Part shown: positions 52,821-64,000 of the stretch, in pieces
Position numbering within the stretch: position 1 is the stretch's first letter
Layout of the letters: each line of letters starts with the position of its first letter
Assembly (NCBI GenBank): GCA_009914755.4
Contig: CP086569.2
Span: forward strand, 29,856,001-29,920,000
Source: the human T2T-CHM13v2.0 reference genome, Homo sapiens
Reading direction: 5' to 3'
DNA: 64,000 nt
The notes under the pieces: model-generated
What the model was told of the DNA's origin: nothing
The model's database searches: none
Seen by the model: the letters and a program-made list of their open reading frames with translations, nothing else
Made by a program: the position numbers and the translations under genes

Positions 52821-55800
52821 ACGGTCTCGAATGGAATAAAAATGTATGGAATGGAATGCAATGAAACGGAATCGAATGTCATAGAATGTAATGGAATGCA
52901 AAAAAATGGAATCCAAAATCATTGACTGGAAAGGCTGGGTGTCGAAAGGAATTGACTCCAATGGAATGGAATCGAATGGAATGGAAGTGAATAGAATCGA
53001 ACTAAATCGAATGGAATGGAATTGATAGGAATGGAATGGAAAGGAATGCAATGATTTGGCATGGAATGGAATCGAATGGCATCGAATGGAATGGAATGGA
53101 ATGCAATCTAATGGAATGTATTAGAATGTAATGAACATTAATGGAATGTACTCGAATGGATTCGACTGGAATGGAATGTTCTGGAAGTGAATGGACTCCA
53201 ACGGAATGGATTCGAAAGGAATGGAATCGAACGGAATGGAATCTAATGGAATGGAATTGAATGGAAATGAATCAAATTGAATAGCACGGAATTGAATTGA
53301 ATGGAATCGAATGCAATGGAATCTAATGAAACGGAAAGGAAAGGAATGGAATGGAATGGAATGGGCTGGAATGGAAAGGAATCGAAACGAATGGAATGGA
53401 ATCGAACTGAAGAGACTGGAATGGAATGCACTGGAATGGAAGGGATTGTAATGGAAGGTTCTCGAAAATAATGGAAGCAAATGGAATGGAATTGAATGGA
53501 ACGGAATAGAGTCGAATGGAATTGAATGGAATGGAATGGACTAGAGTGAAATGGAATCGAACCACAAGGAATGGACAGGAATAGAATGGTCTCGAATTGA
53601 ATGGAATCGTATGGAATGGCATCAAACGGAATGGAATGGACAGCCACGGAATGGAATGCACTCGAATGCAATGGAGTCGAAACTTATGGACTGGAATAGA
53701 ATGGACTCGACTGGTACGGCCTCCAATGGAATGGAATCGAATGGAAGGGATTCGAACGGAATGTACTCGAAGGGAAAAGACTGCAATGGAAAGGTCTCGA
53801 ATGGAATGGAAATTAATGGAATGGAATGGAATCGAATGAAATGGAGTCAAAAGGAATGGAATCGAATGGCAAGAAATCGAATGTAATGGAATCGCAAGGA
53901 ATTGATGTGAACGGAACGGAATGGAATGGAATCCAAAGGAATGGAATAGAATGGAATGGAATCGAATGGAAAGGACTCGAATGGAAATCACTCGAATAGA
54001 ATGCAATTTAATAAAATAGGATCAAATGTAATGGAATGGAATGGAAAGGAATCGAAACGAAAGGAATGGAGACAGATGGAATGGAATGGAACAGAGAGCA
54101 ATGGTATAGAATGGAATGGAATCATCTGGAATGGAATTGAATGGAATGGAATAATATGAAATGGAATGGAATGGAATGGAATGGAATGCCCTTGAATTAA
54201 ATGGACTGGAATGGAATGGACTCGAACAGAGTGGAATGGAAAGTGTTGAGATAGAATGGAATGGACTCCTTTGGAATGGTGTAGTATGCAATGCAATCGA
54301 CTGGCAGGGAATCAAAAGGAATGTAATCGAATGGATTGGACTGGAATGCAATGGACTCGAATAGATTGGAAACGGAATGCAAAGGAATGGAATGGAATAG
54401 TATGGAATGGAATGGAAAGGAATGGAGTGGAATAGACTAGAGTGGAATGGAATGGACTGGAAAGCAATGGACTGGAATGGAACTTTCTTGAATGGACTGG
54501 AATCAAACGGAATGGAATGCAATGCAATCAAATGGCATGGAATAAAATAGAATGAAAGAGAATCAAATGGAATTGAAGCGAATGGAATCGAATGGATTGG
54601 AAAGGAATAGAATGGAATGGAATGGAATTGACTCAAATGGAATGGACTAGAATGGAATGGATTCGAATGGAAGGCAAAGGAATGGAATCTATTGGAATGG
54701 ACTGTAATGGAATGGAATGGAAGGGATTGGAATGGACTCGAATGGAATGGACTGCAATAGAAAGGATTCGAATGGAATGAAAAAGAATTGAATGGAATAG
54801 AACAGAATGGAATCAAATCGAATGAAATGGAATGGAATAGAAAGGAATGGAATGAAATGGAATGGAAAGGATTCGAATGGAATGCAATCGAATGGAATGG
54901 AATCGAACGGAATGGAATAAAATGGAAGAAAACTGGCAAGAAATGGAATCGAAATGAATGGAGTGTTATGGAACGGACTCAAAAGGAATTGAATGTAATA
55001 GAATGGAGTGGAGTGGACTCGAATATAATGGACTGGAATGGAATGAAATCACATGGAATGGGAACGAATGGAATGGAATGGAAAGGAATGGAATCGAATG
55101 GAAAGGAATCGAATGGAAGGGAATGAAATTGAATCAACAGGAATGGAAGGGAATAGAATAGACGGTAATGGAATGGACTCGAATAGAATGGACACGAATG
55201 CTCAAATTGAATGGACTCGAATGGAATGGAAACGAAAGGAATGTCATCGAATGGAATTGAATCGATTGGAATGAAATCGCATAGAATGGAGTGGAATCAA
55301 ATGGAATTGAATCGAAAGGAAAGGAAGCGAATGGACTGAAATGAAATGGAATGGAATTGAATGGAAAGTAATGCAATGGAATAGAATGGAACGAAATTTC
55401 ACGGAATGGAATCAAACTGAATGGAATCAAATCAATGGAATCAAATCAAATGGAATGGAAAGGAATTGAATGGAGTAGATGGGATTGGATGGGATTGGAA
55501 TGAAATGTACTGGAAAGGACTCGAATTTCATGAAACGGAATGGAATGAATTGGAACGGAATGGACTCGAATGGAATGGAATGTCATGGGATGGCATCAAA
55601 TGGAATGACATCAAATGGAATGGAATCGAATGCAATGGAATGCTATGGAATGGAATGGAATGCATTGGAATGGAATGTCCTCTAATGGAATGGATTCGAG
55701 TGGAATGGAATTGAATATAATGGAGTCGAATGAAATGGAATTGAAAGGAATGGGATCGAATACAATGGAATATACTGGAATGTAACGTAATGAACTCGAA

Positions 55801-56384
55801 TGTAATTGACTGGAATGGAATGTACAGGAATGGAATGTAATCGAATGGAAAGTAATCCAATGGAATAGAATCTAATGCAATAAAATCGACTCAGATAGAG
55901 TAGAATGTAATGGAATGGAGTGCAGTGCAATGGAATGGAATGGAATGGAATGCAATGGAATGGAATGGAATGGAATGGAATGGAATGGAATGGAATGGGA
56001 TGGAATGGTATGGAATGGATAGTAATGGACTGGAGTGAAATGGACTGGAAAGGAATGGACTGAAATTGAAAGGGCTTGAAAGGAATGGAGTCAAATGGAA
56101 TGGTCTGGAATGGAATGAACACGAATGTAATGCAACCCAATAGAATGGAATCGAATGGCATGGAATGTAAAGAAATGGAATCGAAGAGAATGGAAACAAA
56201 TGGAATGGAATTGAATGGAATGGAATTGAATGGAATGGGAACGAATGGAGTGAAATTGTATGCAGTAGAAGAGAATAGAATGGAATGCAAGCGAAAGGAA
56301 AGGAATGGATTGGAATGGAATGGAATTCATTGGAATGGAAGGGAATGTAGTGTAATGGACAGGCCTGGAATAAAGTGGAATGCT
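52821..56384 (+). repeat. HOR copy 16 (3564 bp), block 11-16 haplotype, with an extra GGCC site
   Basis: Same variant set. ggtacggcctcc at 53711-53724 creates a second HaeIII site, GGCC at 53718-53721. Confidence 0.9.
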
Positions 56385-59300
56385 ACGGTCTCGAATGGAA
56401 TAAAAATGTATGGAATGGAATGCAATGAAACGGAATCGAATGTCATAGAATGTAATGGAATGCAAAAAAATGGAATCCAAAATCATTGACTGGAAAGGCT
56501 GGGTGTCGAAAGGAATTGACTCCAATGGAATGGAATCGAATGGAATGGAAGTGAATAGAATCGAACTAAATCGAATGGAATGGAATTGATAGGAACGGAA
56601 TGGAAAGGAATGCAATGATTTGGCATGGAATGGAATCGAATGGCATCGAATGGAATGGAATGGAATGCAATGGAATGGAATGTATTAGAATGTAATGAAC
56701 TTTAATGGAATGTACTCGAATGGATTCGACTGGAATGGAATGTTCTGGAAGTGAATGGACTCCAATGGAATGGATTCCAAAGGAATGGAATCGTACGGAA
56801 TGGAATCTAATGCAATGGAATTAAATGGAAATGAATCAAATTGAATAGCACGGAATTGAATTGAATGGAATGGAATGCAATGGAATCTAATGAAACGGAA
56901 AGGAAAGGAATGGAATGGAATGGAATGGGCTGGAATGGAAAGGAATCGAAACGAATGGAATGGAATCGAAGTGAAGAGACTGGAATGGAATGCACTGGAA
57001 TGGAAGGGAGTGTAATGGAAGGTTCTCGAAAAAAATGGAATCGAATGGAATGGAATTGAATGGAACGGAATAGAGTCGAATGGAATTGAATGGAATGGAA
57101 TGGACTAGAGTGAAATGGAATCGAACCACAAGGAATGGACAGGAATAGAATGGTCTCGAATTGAATGGAATCGTATGGAATGGCATCAAACGGAATGGAA
57201 TGGACAGCCACGGAATGGAATGCACTCGAATGCAATGGAGTCGAAACTAATGGACTGGAATAGAATGGACTCGACTGGTACGGACTCCAATGGAATGGAA
57301 TCGAATGGAAGGGAATCGAACGGAAGGGAATCGAACGGAATGGACTCGAAGGGAAAAGACTGCAATGGAAAGGTCTCGAATGGAATGGAAATTAATGGAA
57401 TGGAATGGAATCGAATGAAATGGAGTCAAAAGGAATGGAATCGAATGGCAAGAAATCGAATGTAATGGAATCGCCAGGAATTGATGTGAACGGAACGGAA
57501 TGGAATGGAATCCAAAGGAATGGAATAGAATGGAATGGAATCGAATGGAAAGGACTCGAATGGAAATCACTCGAATAGAATGCAATTTAATAAAATAGGA
57601 TCAAATGTAATGGAATGGAATGGAAAGGAATCGAAACGAAAGGAATGGAGACAGATGGAATGGAATGGAACAGAGAGCAATGGTATAGAATGGAATGGAA
57701 TCATCTGGAATGGAATTGAATGGAATGGAATAATATGAAATGGAATGGAATGGAATGGAATGGAATGCCCTTGAATTAAATGGACTGGAATGGAATGGAC
57801 TCAAACAGAGTGGAATGGAAAGTGTGGAGATAGAATGGAATGAACTCCTTTGGAATGGTGTAGTATGCAATGCAATCGACTGGCAGGGAATCAAAAGGAA
57901 TGTAATCGAATGGATTGGACTGGAATGCAATGGACTCCAATAGATTGGAAACGGAATGCAAAGGAATGGAATGGAATAGTATGGAATGCAATGGAAGGGA
58001 ATGGAGTGGAATAGACTAGAGTGGAATGGAATGGACTGGAAAGCAATGGACTGGAATGGAACTTTCTTGGATGGACTGGAATCAAACGGAATGGAATGCA
58101 ATGCAATCAAATGGCATGGAATAAAATAGAATGAAAGAGAATCAAATGGAATTGAATCGAATGGAATCGAATGGATTGGAAAGGAATAGAATGGAATGGA
58201 ATGGAATTGACTCAAATGGAATGGACTAGAATGGAATGGATTCGAATGGAAGGCAAAGGAATGGAATCTATTGGAATGGACTGTAATGGAATGGAATGGA
58301 AGGGATTGGAATGGACTCGAATGGAATGGACTGCAATAGAAAGGATTCGAATGGAATGAAAAAGAATTGAATGGAATAGAACAGAATGGAATCAAATCGA
58401 ATGAAATGGAATGGAATAGAAAGGAATGGAATGAAATGGAATGGAAAGGATTCGAATGGAATGCAATGGAATGGAATGGAATCGAACGGAATGGAATAAA
58501 ATGGAAGAAAACTGGCAAGAAATGGAATCGAAATGAATGGAGTGTTATGGAATGGACTCAAAAGGAATTGAATGTAATAGAATGGAGTGGAGTGGACTCG
58601 AATATAATGGACTGGAATGGAATGAAATCACATGGAATGGGAACGAATGGAATGGAATGGAAAGGAATGGAATCGAATGGAAAGGAATCGAATGGAAGGG
58701 AATGAAATTGAATCAACAGGAATGGAAGGGAATAGAATAGACTGTAATGGAATGGACTCGAATAGAATGGACACGAATGCTCAAATTAAATGGACTCGAA
58801 TGGAATGGAAACGAAAGGAATGTCATCGAATGGAATTGAATCGATTGGAATGAAATCGCATAGAATGGAGTGGAATCAAATGGAATTGAGTCGAAAGGAA
58901 AGGAAGCGAATGGACTGAAATGAAATGGAATGGAATTGAATGGAAAGTAATGCAATGGAATAGAATGGAACGAAATTTCACGGAATGGAATCAAACTGAA
59001 TGGAATCAAATCAATGGAATCAAATCAAATGGAATGGAAAGGAATTGAATGGAGTAGATGGGATTGGATGGGATTGGAATGAAATGTACTGGAAAGGACT
59101 CGAATTTCATGAAACGGAATGGAATGAATTGGAACGGAATGGACTCGAATGGAATGGAATGTCATGGGATGGCATCAAATGGAATGGCATCAAATGGAAT
59201 GGAATCGAATGCAATGGAATGCTATGGAATGGAATGGAATGCATTGGAATGGAATGTCCTCTAATGGAATGGATTCGAGTGGAATGGAATTGAATATAAT

Positions 59301-59953
59301 GGAGTCGAATGAAATGGAATTGAAAGGAATGGGATCGAATACAATGGAATATACTGGAATGTAACGTAATGAACTCGAATGTAATTGACTGGAATGGAAT
59401 GTACATGAATGGAATGTAATCGAATGGAAAGTAATCCAATGGAATAGAATCTAATGCAATAAAATCGACTCAGATAGAGTAGAATGTAATGGAATGGAGT
59501 GCAGTGCAATGGAATGGAATGGAATGGAATGCAATGGAATGGAAAGGAATGGAATGGAATGGAATGGGTTGGAATGGTATGGAATGGATAGTAATGGACT
59601 GGAGTGAAATGGACTGGAAAGGAATGGACTCAAATTGAAAGGTCTCGAAAGGAATGGAGTCAAATGGAATGGTCTGGAATGGAATGAACACGAATGTAAT
59701 GCAACCCAATAGAATGGAATCGAATGGCATGGAATATAAAGAAATGGAATCGAAGAGAATGGAAACAAATGGAATGGAATTGAATGGAATGGAATTGAAT
59801 GGAATGGGAACTAATGGAGTGAAATTGTATGCAGTAGAAGAGAATAGAATGGAATGCAAGCGAAAGGAAAGGAATGGATTGGAATGGAATGGAATTCATT
59901 GGAATGGAAGGGAATGTAGTGTAATGGACAGGCCTGGAATAAAGTGGAATGCT
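56385..59953 (+). repeat. HOR copy 17 (3569 bp); returns to the haplotype of copies 2-4 (15-bp duplication plus 10-bp insertion, ctcaaacag)
   Basis: Duplication at ~57306-57335. Insertion variant at ~57781-57810. Confidence 0.9.
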
Positions 59954-62900
59954 ACGGTCTCGAATGGAATAAAAATGTATGGAATGGAATGCAATGAAAC
60001 GGAATCGAATGTCATAGAATGTAATGGAATGCAAAAAAATGGAATCCAAAATCATTGACTGGAAAGGCTGGGTGTCGAAAGGAATTGACTCCAATGGAAT
60101 GGAATCGAATGGAATGGAAGTGAATAGAATCGAACTAAATCGAATGGAATGGAATTGATAGGAACGGAATGGAAAGGAATGCAATGATTTGGCATGGAAT
60201 GGAATCGAATGGCATCGAATGGAATGGAATGGAATGCAATGGAATGGAATGTATTAGAATGTAATGAACTTTAATGGAATGTACTCGAATGGATTCGACT
60301 GGAATGGAATGTTCTGGAAGTGAATGGACTCCAATGGAATGGATTCAAAAGGAATGGAATCGTACGGAATGGAATCTAATGGAATGGAATTAAATGGAAA
60401 TGAATCAAATTGAATAGCACGGAATTGAATTGAATGGAATGGAATGCAATGGAATCTAATGAAACGGAAAGGAAAGGAATGGAATGGAATGGAATGGGCT
60501 GGAATGGAAAGGAATCGAAACGAATGGAATGGAATCGAACTGAAGAGACTGGAATGGAATGCACTGGAATGGAAGGGAGTGTAATGGAAGGTTCTCGAAA
60601 AAAATGGAATGGAATGGAATGGAATTGAATGGAACGGAATAGAGTCGAATGGAATTGAATGGAATGGAATGGACTAGAGTGAAATGGAATCGAACCACAA
60701 GGAATGGACAGGAATAGAATGGTCTCGAATTGAATGGAATCGTATGGAATGGCATCAAACGGAATGGAATGGACAGCCACGGAATAGAATGCACTCGAAT
60801 GCAATGGAGTCGAAACTAATGGACTGGAATAGAATGGACTCGACTGGTACGGACTCCAATGGAATGGAATCGAATGGAAGGGAATCGAACGGAATGGACT
60901 CGAAGGGACAAGACTGCAATGGAAAGGTCTCGAATGGAATGGAAATTAATGGAATGGAATGGAATCGAATGAAATGGAGTCAAAAGGAATGGAATCGAAT
61001 GGCAAGAAATCGAATGTAATGGAATCGCAAGGAATTGATGTGAACGGAACGGAATGGAATGGAATCCAAAGGAATGGAATAGAATGGAATGGAATCGAAT
61101 GGAAAGGACTCGAATGGAAATCACTCGAATAGAATGCAATTTAATAAAATAGGATCAAATGTAATGGAATGGAATGGAAAGGAATCGAAACGAAAGGAAT
61201 GGAGACAGATGGAATGGAATGGAACAGAGAGCAATGGTATAGAATGGAATGGAATCATCTGGAATGGAATTGAATGGAATGGAATAATATGAAATGGAAT
61301 GGAATGGAATGGAATGGAATGCCCTTGAATTAAATGGACTGGAATGGAATGGACTCGAACAGAGTGGAATGGAAAGTGTTGAGATAGAATGGAATGGACT
61401 CCTTTGGAATGGTCTAGTATGCAATGCAATCGACTGGTAGGGAATCAAAAGGAATGTAATCGAATGGATTGGACTGGAATGCAATGGACTCGAATAGATT
61501 GGAAACGGAATGCAAAGGAATGGAATGGAATAGTATGGAATGGAATGGAAAGGAATGGAGTGGAATAGACTAGAGTGGAATGGAATGGACTGGAAAGCAA
61601 TGGACTGGAATGGAACTTTCTTGAATGGACTGGAATCAAACGGAATGGAATGCAATGCAATCAAATGGCATGGAGTAAAATAGAATGAAAGAGAATCAAA
61701 TGGAATTGAATCGAATGGAATCGAATGGATTGGAAAGGAATAGAATGGAATGGAATGGAATTGACTCAAATGGAATGGACTAGAATGGAATGGATTCGAA
61801 TGGAAGGCAAAGGAATGGAATCTATTGGAATGGACTGGAATGGAATGGAATGGAAGGGATTGGAATGGACTCGAATGGAATGGACTGCAATAGAAAGGAT
61901 TCGAATGGAATGAAAAAGAATTGAATGGAATAGAACAGAATGGAATCAAATCGAATGAAATGGAATGGAATAGAAAGGAATGGAATGAAATGGAATGGAA
62001 AGGATTCGAATGGAATGCAATCGAATGGAATGGAATCGAACGGAATGGAATAAAATGGAAGAAAACTGGCAAGAAATGGAATCGAAATGAATGGAGTGTT
62101 ATGGAACGGACTCAAAAGGAATTGAATGTAATAGAATGGAGTGGAGTGGACTCGAATATAATGGACTGGAATGGAATGAAATCACATGGAATGGGAACGA
62201 ATGGAATGGAATGGAAAGGAATGGAATCGAATGGAAAGGAATCGAATGGAAGGGAATGAAATTGAATCAACAGGAATGGAAGGGAATAGAATAGACGGTA
62301 ATGGAATGGACTCGAATAGAATGGACACGAATGCTCAAATTGAATGGACTCGAATGGAATGGAAACGAAAGGAATGTCATCGAATGGAATTGAATCGATA
62401 GGAATGAAATCGCATAGAATGGAGTGGAATCAAATGGAATTGAATCGAAAGGAAAGGAAGCGAATGGACTGAAATGAAATGGAATGGAATTGAATGGAAA
62501 GTAATGCAATGGAATAGAATGGAACGAAATTTCACGGAATGGAATCAAACTGAATGGAATCAAATCAATGGAATCTAATCAAATGGAATGGAAAGGAATT
62601 GAATGGAGTAGATTGGATTGGATGGGATTGGAATGAAATGTACTGGAAAGGACTCGAATTTCATGAAACGGAATGGAATGAATTGGAACGGAATGGACTC
62701 GAATGGAATGGAATGTCATGGAATGGCATCAAATGGAATGGCATCAAATGGAATGGAATCGAATGCAATGGAATGCTATGGATTGGAATGGAATGCATTG
62801 GAATGGAACGTCCTCTAATGGAATGGATTCGAGTGGAATGGAATCGAATATAATGGAGTCGAATGAAATGGAATTGAAAGGAATGGGATCGAATAGAATG

Positions 62901-63522
62901 GAATATACTGAAATGTAATGTAATGAACTCGAATGTAATTGACTGGAATGGAATGTACATGAATGGAATGTAATCGAATGGAAAGTAATCCAATGGAATA
63001 GAATCTAATGCAATAAAACCGACTCAGATAGAGTAGAATGTAATGGAATGGAGTGCAGTGCAATGGAATGGAATGGAATTGAATGCAATGGAATGGAATG
63101 GAATGGAATGGAATGGAATGGAATGGAATGGAATGGGATGGAATGGTATGGAATGGATAGTAATGGACTGGAGTGAAATGGACTGGAAAGGAATGGACTC
63201 AAATTGAAAGGGCTCGAAAGGAATGGAGTCAAATGGAATGGTCTGGAATGGAATGAACACGAATGTAATGCAATCCAATAGAATGGAAACGAATGGCATG
63301 GAATATAAATAAATGGAATCGAAGAGAATGGAAACAAATGGAATGGAATTGAATGGAATGGAATTGAATGGAATGGGAACGAATGGAGTGAAATTGTATG
63401 CAGTAGAAGGGAATAGAATGGAATGCAAGCGAAAGGAAAGGAATGGATTGGAATGGAATGGAATTCATTGGAATGGAAGGGAATGTAGTGTAATGGACAG
63501 GCCTGGAATAAAGTGGAATGCT
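59954..63522 (+). repeat. HOR copy 18 (3569 bp); no 15-bp duplication, has the 10-bp insertion with ctcgaacag
   Basis: Anchor spacing and variant content. Confidence 0.9.
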
Positions 63523-64000
63523 ACGGTCTCGAATGGAATAAAAATGTATGGAATGGAATGCAATGAAACGGAATCGAATGTCATAGAATGTAACGGAATG
63601 CAAAAAAATGGAATCCAAAATCATTGACTGGAAAGGCTGGGTGTCGAAAGGAATTGACTCCAATGGAATGGAATCGAATGGAATGGAAGTGAATAGAATC
63701 GAACTAAATCGAATGGAATGGAATTGATAGGAACGGAATGGAAAGGAATGCAATGATTTGGCATGGAATGGAATCGAATGGCATCGAATGGAATGGAATG
63801 GAATGCAATGGAATGGAATGTATTAGAATGTAATGAACTTTAATGGAATGTACTCGAATGGATTCGACTGGAATGGAATGTTCCGGAAGTGAATGGACTC
63901 CAATGGAATGGATTCAAAAGGAATGGAATCGTACGGAATGGAATCTAATGGAATGGAATTAAATGGAAATGAATCAAATTGAATAGCACGGAATTGAATT
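63523..64000 (+). repeat. HOR copy 19 (partial, first ~478 bp only)
   Basis: Anchor at 63523; the window ends inside the unit. Confidence 0.9.

Larger units (their letters stand above)
1..64000 (+). repeat. Satellite III-type (GGAAT)n pentamer satellite array arranged as ~18 tandem copies of a ~3.55 kb higher-order repeat; probably the DYZ1 family of the human Y long arm
   Basis: The sequence is dominated by ggaat/tggaa pentamers on the + strand. The anchor 'acggtctcgaatgg' recurs at 1, 3529, 7087, 10661, 14244, 17798, 21337, 24876, 28400, 31933, 35041, 38594, 42154, 45718, 49272, 52821, 56385, 59954 and 63523, a spacing of about 3.55 kb. Each unit has a single GGCC site. No non-satellite sequence interrupts the window. 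Confidence 0.93.

Noticed and set aside
1-64000. Possibility of a CRISPR array or prokaryotic defence island, given the very regular repeats
   Set aside because: There is no repeat-spacer architecture. The periodicities are 5 bp and ~3.55 kb, and every unit is homologous to every other. There are no cas-like ORFs, and the composition and structure are eukaryotic pericentromeric or heterochromatic satellite.

Overview
The whole 64 kb window is a single tandem satellite array with no credible genes, RNA genes, transposons, CRISPR arrays or prokaryote-style operons. The + strand is a purine-rich (GGAAT)n pentamer satellite (complement ATTCC/TTCCA), and cytosine is rare on this strand. On top of the 5-bp periodicity sits a higher-order repeat (HOR) of about 3.55 kb. 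Using the recurring anchor 'acggtctcgaatgg' I count 18 complete head-to-tail copies (17 are 3524-3583 bp; one is 3108 bp because of an internal deletion of about 447 bp) and a partial 19th copy. This is the signature of human/primate classical satellite III (HSat3). A roughly 3.56 kb HOR of TTCCA pentamers with one GGCC (HaeIII) site per unit matches what I recall of the Y-chromosome DYZ1 family (Yq12, 3564-bp HaeIII unit), which is the most likely identity, but I cannot confirm it without a database search. All six-frame ORFs are artefacts: in-frame translation of GGAAT/ATTCC repeats gives low-complexity 'MEWNG...' and 'IPFHS...' peptides that recur identically in every HOR copy. I see no previously undescribed biological system here. 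The notable points are structural: the array is a mosaic of locally homogenised HOR haplotypes; two canonical heat-shock-element motifs recur in nearly every copy; one copy carries a microhomology-mediated deletion; the pure-pentamer tracts show slippage length variation; and there are CpG-decay variants.
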